20,088 nt of DNA from the NCBI GenBank assembly GCA_964244895.1, contig CAXTKV010000087.1, forward strand, positions 1 through 20,088. Reading direction: 5' to 3'. Shown here piece after piece: positions 1-6,688 of this stretch. The translations under genes and the position numbers were made by a program. Under the pieces are notes generated by a model. That model did not search any database, was not told the origin of the DNA, and worked only from the letters and a program-made list of their open reading frames with translations. How positions within the stretch are numbered: position 1 is the stretch's first letter; each line of letters starts with the position of its first letter. The DNA is from an uncultured Deinococcales bacterium (GTDB taxonomy: Bacteria > Deinococcota > Deinococci > Deinococcales > JAAFIG01).

Positions 1-12
1 GGCAAATCCCCG

Positions 13-61
13 GAATATCGTCGGGGACGCGAACCAGGAACATCGTGCAGCACGGTGTTCT
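13..61. repeat. REP-like palindrome pair (family core AACACCGTCC-A/T-GC/GACGGTGTT)
   Basis: GAACATCGTGC-A-GCACGGTGTTC at 38-60, with a degenerate half copy GAATATCGTCGGGGACGCG at 13-31. The motif recurs in many intergenic regions of the window. Confidence 0.65.
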
Positions 62-130
62 TAAAGCAGGTTGCGTTGCACGTGCGGTAAGCCGGAAAGG
101 CGTTCGGTGGCCTTGCTATGCTCAAAATTA

Positions 131-460
131 ATGGCCTCAAACCCGCTCGACACCATCGCGCCGTACCTCGGGCAAATCTCATTCGGTGGGCTGGCCGGGT
201 TCGCAGTCGGCTACGCCCTGAAGAAAATCGGACGCACCGCGCTGGTGATCTTCGGGCTGTTGTTCATCGCGCTTCAGGTGCTGGCCTTCATGGGATTCGT
301 CGAAGTCCACTGGTTGCGCATCGAACAGGCCGCCAGCCCCGCCCTGAGACGCGAGGGGCTCGAGGGCGCGTGGAAAGCCTTGCTGGGCGTGCTGGCGCAC
401 AACATTCCGTTCGCAGGCGCGTTCGTGCCGGGATTGCTGCTCGGGTTGCGGGCGGGTTGA
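131..460 (+). CDS. FUN14-family small membrane protein
   Basis: QISFGGLAGFAVGYALKKIGR...ALQVLAFMGFVEVHW...PFAGAFVPGLLLG matches the typical FUN14 pattern. ATG at 131 is preferred over the TTG at 71. Confidence 0.85.
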   Translation: MASNPLDTIAPYLGQISFGGLAGFAVGYALKKIGRTALVIFGLLFIALQVLAFMGFVEVHWLRIEQAASPALRREGLEGAWKALLGVLAHNIPFAGAFVPGLLLGLRAG

Positions 461-713
461 ACGCCGGAGCTGACCGTCGGACGAACTGAAGATCGGTACG
501 TTTGACCTCGAGAAACCCGGCGGTGATTCAGCAACCGCCCAGTTCGGCTCGAATTGAAGCCGTGCGAGACGCACCAGATCGCGATTCGACCGCGCGAACG
601 AACCGCCGCGCGACCCTCGAAACACAAACCATTTCTTGTGTGAAAACACCGCGAGTCAACCGCTTGACGTGATCTCCTCATGACAAGACCAAGAGGAGGT
701 GAGCCAGAAAGCC

Positions 714-1211
714 ATGATTGCCATAGTCCGAACGAGTTTGCTCGCGGGTGCAGCCGCGTTGATGGCCTGCGCGCCGTCGGCCAGCCCTCAGACGAACGAC
801 CTCTCGCCCGCTTCTCAGGCCGAATTTCTCGAGAGCATCAAGAGCGCCAACGGTTCAGTCCTGCTGAAAGGTGCGGACATCAGCTCAGCTGCCGTGGCCA
901 CGGCGCTGAGTTCGATCAACTCGCGCAAGGCCAACGTGGTCGTACTGGTGCAACGCGAAAGCCTGAGCAACACCGATTCCAAAATTGACCTGGTGGCCAG
1001 CAAATTCAAGGGCAGCCTGATCAACAGCGTCTTCATCGCCACCGGCGAGACGACCATCGCGCCGTTCGCGCTGATCGGCACGCGCGCCTTTTACGGGCCG
1101 GGATTGCTGAAGGACGGCGAAGCGGTGCTGGTCGCCGGAACCCGCCACGATTACAAAACCGATCTCGAGCAATTCACGTCCACCCCGAAACGGATCTACA
1201 CGGGCAAATGA
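714..1211 (+). CDS. Lipoprotein with probable degenerate phospholipase D/Nuc-like fold
   Basis: AGGAGG at 694-699 and ATG at 714 (GTG 699 is an alternative start). Lipobox LMA-C. FLESIKSANGSVLL..ISSAAVATALSSINSRKANVVVLV resembles the N-terminal half of PLD nucleases; no HxK(x4)D motif. Confidence 0.7.
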   Translation: MIAIVRTSLLAGAAALMACAPSASPQTNDLSPASQAEFLESIKSANGSVLLKGADISSAAVATALSSINSRKANVVVLVQRESLSNTDSKIDLVASKFKGSLINSVFIATGETTIAPFALIGTRAFYGPGLLKDGEAVLVAGTRHDYKTDLEQFTSTPKRIYTGK

Positions 1212-1714
1212 TGCGCCTCTGGTGGTTCGCCGGACTGACCGCGCTGGCGGTGCTGGGCAGCGTGTCTGCGCAACAGGCCGCGCAACGACTCGGCACGCCA
1301 CAAGCAGTCGGTGCAGCCCTTTACACGGCTTCCAGGGAAATCCTGATCGTGACCCCCTCGATCCGCTCCAAGGATGTCGCCGAGGCGCTCAGGAAAACCG
1401 CCGTGGAACGCGGCATCGCGATCTTCGTGATCGCCGACGCCAGACTGATCAACGAACCCGCCGGATACCTGAGCGGCCTGAGCCTGCTGGAAAAGATTCA
1501 GGTGCGGCTGGTGCAAGGCTTGACCTCCAGTCAAGCTCTGATCGACCGCAACGTCATGATCAGCGGCCCGTTGTTGTTCGACGGCCCGAACCCGCTCGAG
1601 AAACGCCCGACCGTGGCCGCGACCGACGCGGAAGTCAACAACCGCACCGTGACGTGGTTCAACCAGGTCTGGAAGACCGCCAAGCCCTACAAGTACGAAG
1701 CCAGCAAGAGGTGA
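1208..1714 (+). CDS. Secreted PLD-like-domain protein lacking the catalytic HKD motif
   Basis: ATGA overlap with the upstream stop; signal peptide ending VSA-QQ. TASREILIVTPSIRSKDVAEALRKTAVERGIAIFVIAD, SSQALIDRNVMISGP and FNQVWKTAKP follow the PLD-fold pattern. Confidence 0.8.
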   Translation: MMRLWWFAGLTALAVLGSVSAQQAAQRLGTPQAVGAALYTASREILIVTPSIRSKDVAEALRKTAVERGIAIFVIADARLINEPAGYLSGLSLLEKIQVRLVQGLTSSQALIDRNVMISGPLLFDGPNPLEKRPTVAATDAEVNNRTVTWFNQVWKTAKPYKYEASKR

Positions 1715-1717
1715 ACC

Positions 1718-2110
1718 ATGCAACCGATGATCAGACCCAACCAAGCCCAAGCCGCCTCCGTCAGACGCTTCAACCTGCTGACCGTGCTGGTGATCCTGAC
1801 GGTCATCCTGGGTGGAATATCGCTGCGGGTCGGCGAGATCTCGCTCGGCATCCTGACCTGGGTGGCCGCCGCGATGCTGTGGCTGGTGCAGGGCATGGCC
1901 GCGAACCTGCGCGCCAGCAACGAACGCCTGGAAGCCGTCACCAAAGAAATCAGCGCCATGCGTCAGCTCCTCGCCATCACCGTGATGCGCGGCAACCCTG
2001 GCGGAGGAGAAACGTATGAACCAAAACCCAGCCAGGACGCACCAGCCGCCCGCAAACCGGACGCGCCTTCTATGCGTCATCCTGGCGTGCCTCAGCCTGC
2101 AGGCGACTAG
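1718..2110 (+). CDS. Small membrane protein (2 TM helices, short coiled coil, Pro-rich tail)
   Basis: GAGG just upstream of the ATG; two hydrophobic segments; [22 protein letters not shown] heptad pattern; GC-rich third codon positions. Confidence 0.75.
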   Translation: MQPMIRPNQAQAASVRRFNLLTVLVILTVILGGISLRVGEISLGILTWVAAAMLWLVQGMAANLRASNERLEAVTKEISAMRQLLAITVMRGNPGGGETYEPKPSQDAPAARKPDAPSMRHPGVPQPAGD

Positions 2111-2513
2111 TTTCGCCTGCGGGTACATCCCCCAGAACCTCAACAACTGGACGGCCTACTACGCCAAAGGCTTCGGGCTCGAGCCGGAGTTGCTGACCGC
2201 GCTGATCTGGGTCGAATCGCGCTACTGCGCGGACGCGGTCAGTCCCGCCGGAGCCATCGGTCTGGGTCAACTGATGCCCGCCACCGCCCGCACGCTCAAA
2301 GTCGATCCGCGCGACCCCGTGCAGAACCTGTACGGCGCGGCCAAGTACCTGCGCGCCCAGTGGGACACCTTTCAGGACTGGTCGCTGGCGCTGGCCGCGT
2401 ACAACGCCGGGCCCGACAACGTGCGCCGTTACGGGGGCGTACCACCCTTCCCGGAAACCCAGAATTACGTGAGGTCGGTGCTGAATGTCTACTTCTCCAT
2501 CAAACGCAATTGA
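2016..2513 (+). CDS. Lytic transglycosylase (SLT domain) with signal peptide
   Basis: ALIWVES (catalytic Glu), [23 protein letters not shown] and ETQNYV motifs; GGAGGAG RBS upstream. Confidence 0.95.
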   Translation: MNQNPARTHQPPANRTRLLCVILACLSLQATSFACGYIPQNLNNWTAYYAKGFGLEPELLTALIWVESRYCADAVSPAGAIGLGQLMPATARTLKVDPRDPVQNLYGAAKYLRAQWDTFQDWSLALAAYNAGPDNVRRYGGVPPFPETQNYVRSVLNVYFSIKRN

Positions 2514-3504
2514 GCGCCCGTTGCCGCGCGAAATCACCGAAACGCTCGAGACGGATTCCGCCGAGGGAATCGCCCAGACGCACGTTCCCGAAATCGCGCC
2601 GATCGACGGCTTCGATCAACTCTTGCGCCTGCTGCCCGGCTGGATCAGGCTGATCGCCGAAGCGCACCAGGACGCGCTCGAGGAAATCGCGATGGACATC
2701 GGCAAGCCCTTGGCCTTGCGTTTCGACGGCCACCACAAGCTTTTTGACCGCGAGATCGAAGAGCGCGACCTGGAATACGTGGTGGACAGGGCGGGCCAGT
2801 TCCGGGCCGACAACCGCCTCGGCATCGACCGCACCTTGCACCGCATCAGCGCCAAACGCGACCGTTACGATTACCTGGACGGCCTGACCATCCGCGTGGC
2901 CCGCATGGTGCTGGGCGTGGCCGAAATCCTGCGCGAGTACATCGAAGCCTCGAGCGGATTCATGCTGATCGGGCCACCGGGCGTCGGCAAGACCACCTTG
3001 CTGCGCGACATCGTGCGCATCTGCGCCGAGAAAGCCGGGCCGAAAGTCATCGTGATCGACACCTCCAACGAAATCGGTGGCGACGGGCGCCTGGTTCACC
3101 CCGGCCTGGGTTCGGCGCGCCGCATGCAAGTCAATTCTCCCGACCAGCAAGCCAAGATGATCATGCAGGCCATCGCCAACCACGGCCCCGAAATCATCGT
3201 CTGCGACGAAATCGGCTACCACGGCGACGTGGCCGTCATCCAGACCGCCGCCCGTCGCGGCGTCGGCGTGATCGCCACCGCGCACGGCAAGATTTTCCAG
3301 GATGTCCTCGAGAACCCCGTCTTTCACCCCTTGATGGGCGATTTCGACATCGATTCCGGCAAGCGCCGCTCCAGACCCGTCTTCGATGCCGCCGTCGAGA
3401 TTCGCGCCAAAGGCAAATTCATCGTGCATCCCAGCGTGGCTAACGCGGTGGACAACCTGATGTCCATCGGTGATCCCGGCGGTCTTCAGATCGGTCGTTG
3501 GTAA
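2485..3504 (+). CDS. SpoIIIAA/Ycf45-like P-loop ATPase
   Basis: [19 protein letters not shown], Walker [21 protein letters not shown], Walker B IIVCDEIG and IATAHG motifs; GAGGT RBS at 2471-2475; no C-terminal R3H domain. Confidence 0.9.
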   Translation: MSTSPSNAIERPLPREITETLETDSAEGIAQTHVPEIAPIDGFDQLLRLLPGWIRLIAEAHQDALEEIAMDIGKPLALRFDGHHKLFDREIEERDLEYVVDRAGQFRADNRLGIDRTLHRISAKRDRYDYLDGLTIRVARMVLGVAEILREYIEASSGFMLIGPPGVGKTTLLRDIVRICAEKAGPKVIVIDTSNEIGGDGRLVHPGLGSARRMQVNSPDQQAKMIMQAIANHGPEIIVCDEIGYHGDVAVIQTAARRGVGVIATAHGKIFQDVLENPVFHPLMGDFDIDSGKRRSRPVFDAAVEIRAKGKFIVHPSVANAVDNLMSIGDPGGLQIGRW

Positions 3505-3517
3505 AACGTTGGCTCCA

Positions 3518-3578
3518 AGGAGCACCGTCCAGCACGGTGTTCCTCGAGATTCTAAAATGGCGTGCTGGACGGTGTCCT
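3518..3578. repeat. REP-like inverted pair
   Basis: CACCGTCCAGCACG (3523-3536) and its exact reverse complement CGTGCTGGACGGTG (3561-3574), right after the ATPase stop. Confidence 0.75.
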
Positions 3579-3693
3579 GAAAAGTGGCACCCCGGCGGAA
3601 CCCTGTTCAGGAACCAAAAAGAGAGCGTTTCTTACATCTCAGAAACGACACCGCGATGTAGATTCATCGTGTCGTTGACGAGAATATTGAAAA

Positions 3694-4170
3694 TTGCGCA
3701 ACCTCATTGCACGGCTTGCCCACCTGAGATATCAGCAGCAAGCAAACATCCTGCTCTCCCTCGAGAGCCAATACCTGGAAATGGCCCTCAAGCTTCTCAC
3801 CTCGAAGCTTGGAACTCCGCAAGCCATCGTCCTGGCGACCCATTTTGGAAACCCCGCCCCGGTTTTCCAGGATTGGGACGCGAGGCTCCGGCTCTACCTG
3901 AGCGGCCCTCAACACGACGCACAAACGACCTCCGAGTTCATCCTCGAGGGTCTGCGTCTGGGCGTCTACAGCGACGAAGAGGCAGCCCAAGCCCATATCA
4001 GTTTCTATCTCGCCCTCCTCGTCAGAAGAGGGAATCTGGTTCCATTCTGGAACGAACTGGTCAACGCGATTGGCCTGCAAAAACTCAAGGCCGCTCTGGA
4101 AACGGATACTGCGCGTCAACGCTTAGGTGACGCACTCGATCCACTCCTTACGGAATTGAGGGCTTTGTAG
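3694..4170 (+). CDS. Hypothetical alpha-helical protein, remotely related to the two downstream small proteins
   Basis: 158-aa ORF with protein-like composition; shares LIxR and LxxALKLL motifs with the 4946-5197 product. The TTG start has no clear RBS. Confidence 0.65.
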   Translation: MRNLIARLAHLRYQQQANILLSLESQYLEMALKLLTSKLGTPQAIVLATHFGNPAPVFQDWDARLRLYLSGPQHDAQTTSEFILEGLRLGVYSDEEAAQAHISFYLALLVRRGNLVPFWNELVNAIGLQKLKAALETDTARQRLGDALDPLLTELRAL

Positions 4171-4261
4171 GTCTGAAACGTGAATTGGGCTTTGCTCAGT
4201 TCACGTTTCTTTTTGTGGCGCATTTAGTGAAGTGTTTAAAGTGCTCATAGCCATTTTTGAA

Positions 4262-4344
4262 TAAGATCTGGGTGGTGGCTTCGCCATCGAGTTCCTTGAC
4301 AGCTTCAGCTGCGAAGCCATTCTTGGTTTCTGAGAATGCTATGC
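4262..4344 (+). promoter_or_regulatory. Putative -10 box plus conserved structured 5' leader, cassette 1
   Basis: TAAGAT (4262-4267) lies 7 nt before the conserved leader, which starts GTGGCT at 4275. Core GTTCCTTGACAGCTTC (4291-4306) is identical in cassette 2. Perfect 9-bp stem 4276-4284/4311-4319. Confidence 0.55.
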
Positions 4345-4376
4345 GCAATCGTTCTATTATTTTTGTGAGCAAAATC

Positions 4377-4643
4377 ATGATTCAACCCGAAACAGAACAC
4401 TTGATAGATACGTGTATTACAGAGCTCCGGAATGCACGTGAAAACAATGAAACCGAAAAACTCCTGAACGCACTGGCCTTTCTGGCTCGAAAGAGCGATA
4501 GAGATACAGTAGCTGATTGGATAAACACTGCAATTGATTTGATTAATCGAAATGAAAAATCTGCGGACATTTTAGTAACTGTTCTCAAGAGTCGTTCAGT
4601 TGATGCAATCAACAATGCGTTAACTGCTCTTCGCAGCCGATAG
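4377..4643 (+). CDS. Small helical protein (88 aa), cassette 1
   Basis: MIQPET...NALTALRSR*; paralog of 4946-5197, which fixes the start at ATG 4377; AT-rich codons; followed by a terminator. Confidence 0.75.
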   Translation: MIQPETEHLIDTCITELRNARENNETEKLLNALAFLARKSDRDTVADWINTAIDLINRNEKSADILVTVLKSRSVDAINNALTALRSR

Positions 4644-4698
4644 TCTGCCAAGACCCTCGAGAACATTGAGTCCTCACTCTCTGTTCTCGAGGTTTTTC
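4629..4698 (+). repeat. 70-nt direct repeat, copy 1 (ORF end plus terminator)
   Basis: 67/70 identical to 5183-5252 by manual alignment. Confidence 0.95.
4655..4697 (+). terminator. Intrinsic terminator, cassette 1
   Basis: CCTCGAGAACA/TGTTCTCGAGG 11-bp stem plus GAGT/ACTC upper stem, followed by TTTTT. Confidence 0.85.
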
Positions 4699-4706
4699 TT
4701 TTCAAG

Positions 4707-4764
4707 GATGCCGTACCAGACAGCGTTTTTTGGATAGCAAACCTTGCGTTCCGCACGGTGTTTT
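4707..4764. repeat. Degenerate REP-like pair
   Basis: GATGCCGTACCAGACAGCGTT differs from AACACCGTGCTGGACGGTGTT only by transitions; second copy GCGTTCCGCACGGTGTTTT. Confidence 0.5.
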
Positions 4765-4820
4765 TAAGCTTTTGACTGCGGACTGCGTGCGGTGTCAGCG
4801 CCTTCAACGCCACTTTCAAC

Positions 4821-4903
4821 TATATTGAACTCAGTGGCTTTGCCGCTGCGTTCCTTGACAGCTTCGGCTTGCGAACCCATTCGTGGGTCTCGAGGATGTT
4901 TGC
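4821..4903 (+). promoter_or_regulatory. Putative -10 box plus conserved structured 5' leader, cassette 2
   Basis: TATATT (4821-4826) lies 7 nt before GTGGCT (4834), the same spacing as cassette 1; core GTTCCTTGACAGCTTC at 4850-4865. Confidence 0.55.
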
Positions 4904-4945
4904 AGCACAGACACTGTTTTTGTTGTTATTCGGAGAATTTAAACA

Positions 4946-5197
4946 ATGCAACCTGAAACTTCTGTTCTCTTGAATGCAGTCTGCGAGGCTTTCCGAGCTA
5001 AGCGGTTGCGGAAAGAAAGCATCGCAGATGCTCTCCTTTTGTGCGTTTTCGATCCCCTTAATCAGGGTGAGGATGTCCAACGACTGCTCAGTCTGATTGA
5101 TCGTGGCGAGGAAACTCAGGATGCTCTTGTCAAAATGCTAAGTGCTGTACCTACAGTCTCGCTTGACAACGCCTTGAAACTGCTTCGCAGCCGATAG
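4946..5197 (+). CDS. Small helical protein (83 aa), cassette 2
   Basis: GGAGA RBS at 4932-4936; MQPET...NALKLLRSR*; paralog of 4377-4643. Confidence 0.8.
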   Translation: MQPETSVLLNAVCEAFRAKRLRKESIADALLLCVFDPLNQGEDVQRLLSLIDRGEETQDALVKMLSAVPTVSLDNALKLLRSR

Positions 5198-5252
5198 TCT
5201 GCCAAGACCCTCGAGAACACTGAGTCCTTACTCTTTGTTCTCGAGGTTTTTC
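5183..5252 (+). repeat. 70-nt direct repeat, copy 2 (ORF end plus terminator)
   Basis: 67/70 identical to 4629-4698. Confidence 0.95.
5209..5251 (+). terminator. Intrinsic terminator, cassette 2
   Basis: Same 11-bp CCTCGAGAACA/TGTTCTCGAGG stem followed by TTTTT. Confidence 0.85.
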
Positions 5253-5255
5253 ATG

Positions 5256-5311
5256 GCACCGTGATGCACGGTGTTTCTCGAGTCTCAAATATTGCGCCCT
5301 GGACGGTATTC
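5256..5311. repeat. REP-like pair
   Basis: GCACCGTG-ATG-CACGGTGT (5256-5274) and GCGCCCTGGACGGTATTC (about 5294-5311). Confidence 0.6.
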
Positions 5312-5374
5312 GTGGGAATCAGTATTTTCGAGGGACGCAAGGGATTCATCGAACCATAAGAGCTGACTGCATTC

Positions 5375-5418
5375 AAAAAGAAGCCGAAGCGCGAGGTGAG
5401 ACCTCGCACTTCGACTTC
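5375..5418 (-). terminator. Intrinsic terminator of the diguanylate cyclase gene
   Basis: 18-bp stem 5380-5397/5401-5418; its two mismatches become G-U pairs on the minus strand, where a U5 run follows. Confidence 0.85.
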
Positions 5419-5426
5419 AGCGCATT

Positions 5427-6059
5427 CTAGGAGTCCGAACCCGTGTCATCACCCCGGACGCAGTTGCGCCCTTCCGCTTTGGCGCGGTAGAGGTTCTTGT
5501 CCGCTTGTTCAGCAGACGAGAAACTCCAGCCAATGCTGACGGTGACGTGAATTCCGGTGCTCCAGAAAATGTTTTCTGAAGCGGCCACCCGAAGTTGCTC
5601 GCAGCGTTGCGTTACCGCAGCTTGAGCATCTGGCTGCACCACGAGAAGAGCAGTGAACTCTTCGCCGCCGGTGCGCGCCACCACATCGGAACCCCGAAAG
5701 AGCGTATTTGAAGTTTGAGCAACCGCGAGAAGAACCAGATCGCCGCGTGAGTGCCCCCAGGTGTCGTTCACGACTTTGAAGTGATCCAAATCGAAAACGA
5801 TCCAGGCTATTGCGAGCCTTTCACGCTCAGATCTTAAAATCTCACGCCCGAGCGCTTGCTCGAGTCCTCGGCGGTTGAGCATCCCGGTTAAGGGGTCTTG
5901 CGCAACCTCGAGTTGAAGCTGTTCAATCTCAAGCTGAGCAGCGCTCATTTGACGCCTGAGATGAATGTTCTCACCTCGCAAAGCTGTCAAATTCAGCTGC
6001 TTTCCGGCCAAGACTGAACAAACGATGAGCAGTGCGATCAGAAGATAGATGACCAACAT
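5427..6059 (-). CDS. Membrane-anchored diguanylate cyclase (GGDEF domain)
   Basis: N-terminal TM helix and coiled coil; DPLTGMLNRR, FDLDHFKVVNDTWGHSRGD, I-site RGSD, GGEEF and LYRAKAEGRN motifs. Confidence 0.93.
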   Translation of the reverse strand: MLVIYLLIALLIVCSVLAGKQLNLTALRGENIHLRRQMSAAQLEIEQLQLEVAQDPLTGMLNRRGLEQALGREILRSERERLAIAWIVFDLDHFKVVNDTWGHSRGDLVLLAVAQTSNTLFRGSDVVARTGGEEFTALLVVQPDAQAAVTQRCEQLRVAASENIFWSTGIHVTVSIGWSFSSAEQADKNLYRAKAEGRNCVRGDDTGSDS

Positions 6060-6688
6060 AAAAATATCTCGATAAACAACTTAGATTCGTTCCAAGAAAA
6101 CACATCGGAACGCTTCAATGATCTTGCGATCACTGAAATGAACACGGGTTGGTTCTCAAGAAACGCGGCAACGAAAAGCGAGGCTTTCCGCCGTTCCCGC
6201 GATCCTAACGATCCAGCGTGCCCATCAAGGCAGAAGCGCACATCGTGTCGGCGGCATCGAACTCTCGAGAAACGGGGCTTGAGGGAATAACTGTCCGGGC
6301 GTGCGTTGACACGCATATCGACCGATGTACACGCGTTAGATTGCATTCACCGGTCAGATGGCTCGGGCCGGTCTCTCCTCCAAAGCCCGCCACCGCTGCA
6401 CCCGGTGGCGGGTCATTCGTGGTGAGAATCCGTGCGTTCAGAAAACATCCAGGCCAGCGTTTTGAACGGCTCTGGCGGGCGGGATCATCGCGCAGGGCGT
6501 CAGCCCTCGTTACTGGCAAGTGACCGGAGCGAGTTTAAGGTGATCCGGTGGAACGCGATCAAGAAGTCTCCCGAAACTATTTTTCGCGTCCAACACGGAT
6601 TGGTTTCTGGTCAATCGGTCATCTTTGCTCATCTGCCCCAGAGACTCATGGCGTTCTTCACATGTTGATAATCATCGAAGGATAAATA

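Noticed and set aside
655..669. GTCAA-CCGC-TTGAC dyad overlapping a TTGACG -35-like hexamer
   Set aside because: No acceptable -10 box at 16-18 nt, and a 5-bp dyad is expected by chance.
3585..3615. Minus-strand GGGTTCCGCCGGGGTGCCA resembles a tRNA 3' end or att site at the edge of the low-GC patch
   Set aside because: No intact T-loop or cloverleaf, no second copy and no integrase in the window.
4257..4376. N-terminal extension of the 128-aa ORF in the track
   Set aside because: Paralog alignment puts the start at ATG 4377, and the leader has a 1-nt indel between copies, consistent with non-coding sequence.
4629..4875. Tail 1 and leader 2 as an integron attC site
   Set aside because: No RYYYAAC/GTTRRRY core boxes, about 250 nt is too long, and no integron integrase is present.
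4275..4903. Cassette leaders as c-di-GMP-I or other known riboswitches, given the neighbouring cyclase
   Set aside because: Only superficial GCAAAC/CGCAAG similarity on minus in copy 2; the GNRA-capped stem and the motifs are not kept in copy 1.
6038..6668. Short ORFs in the cyclase/regulator spacer
   Set aside because: Atypical composition, no family motifs and no well-spaced RBS.
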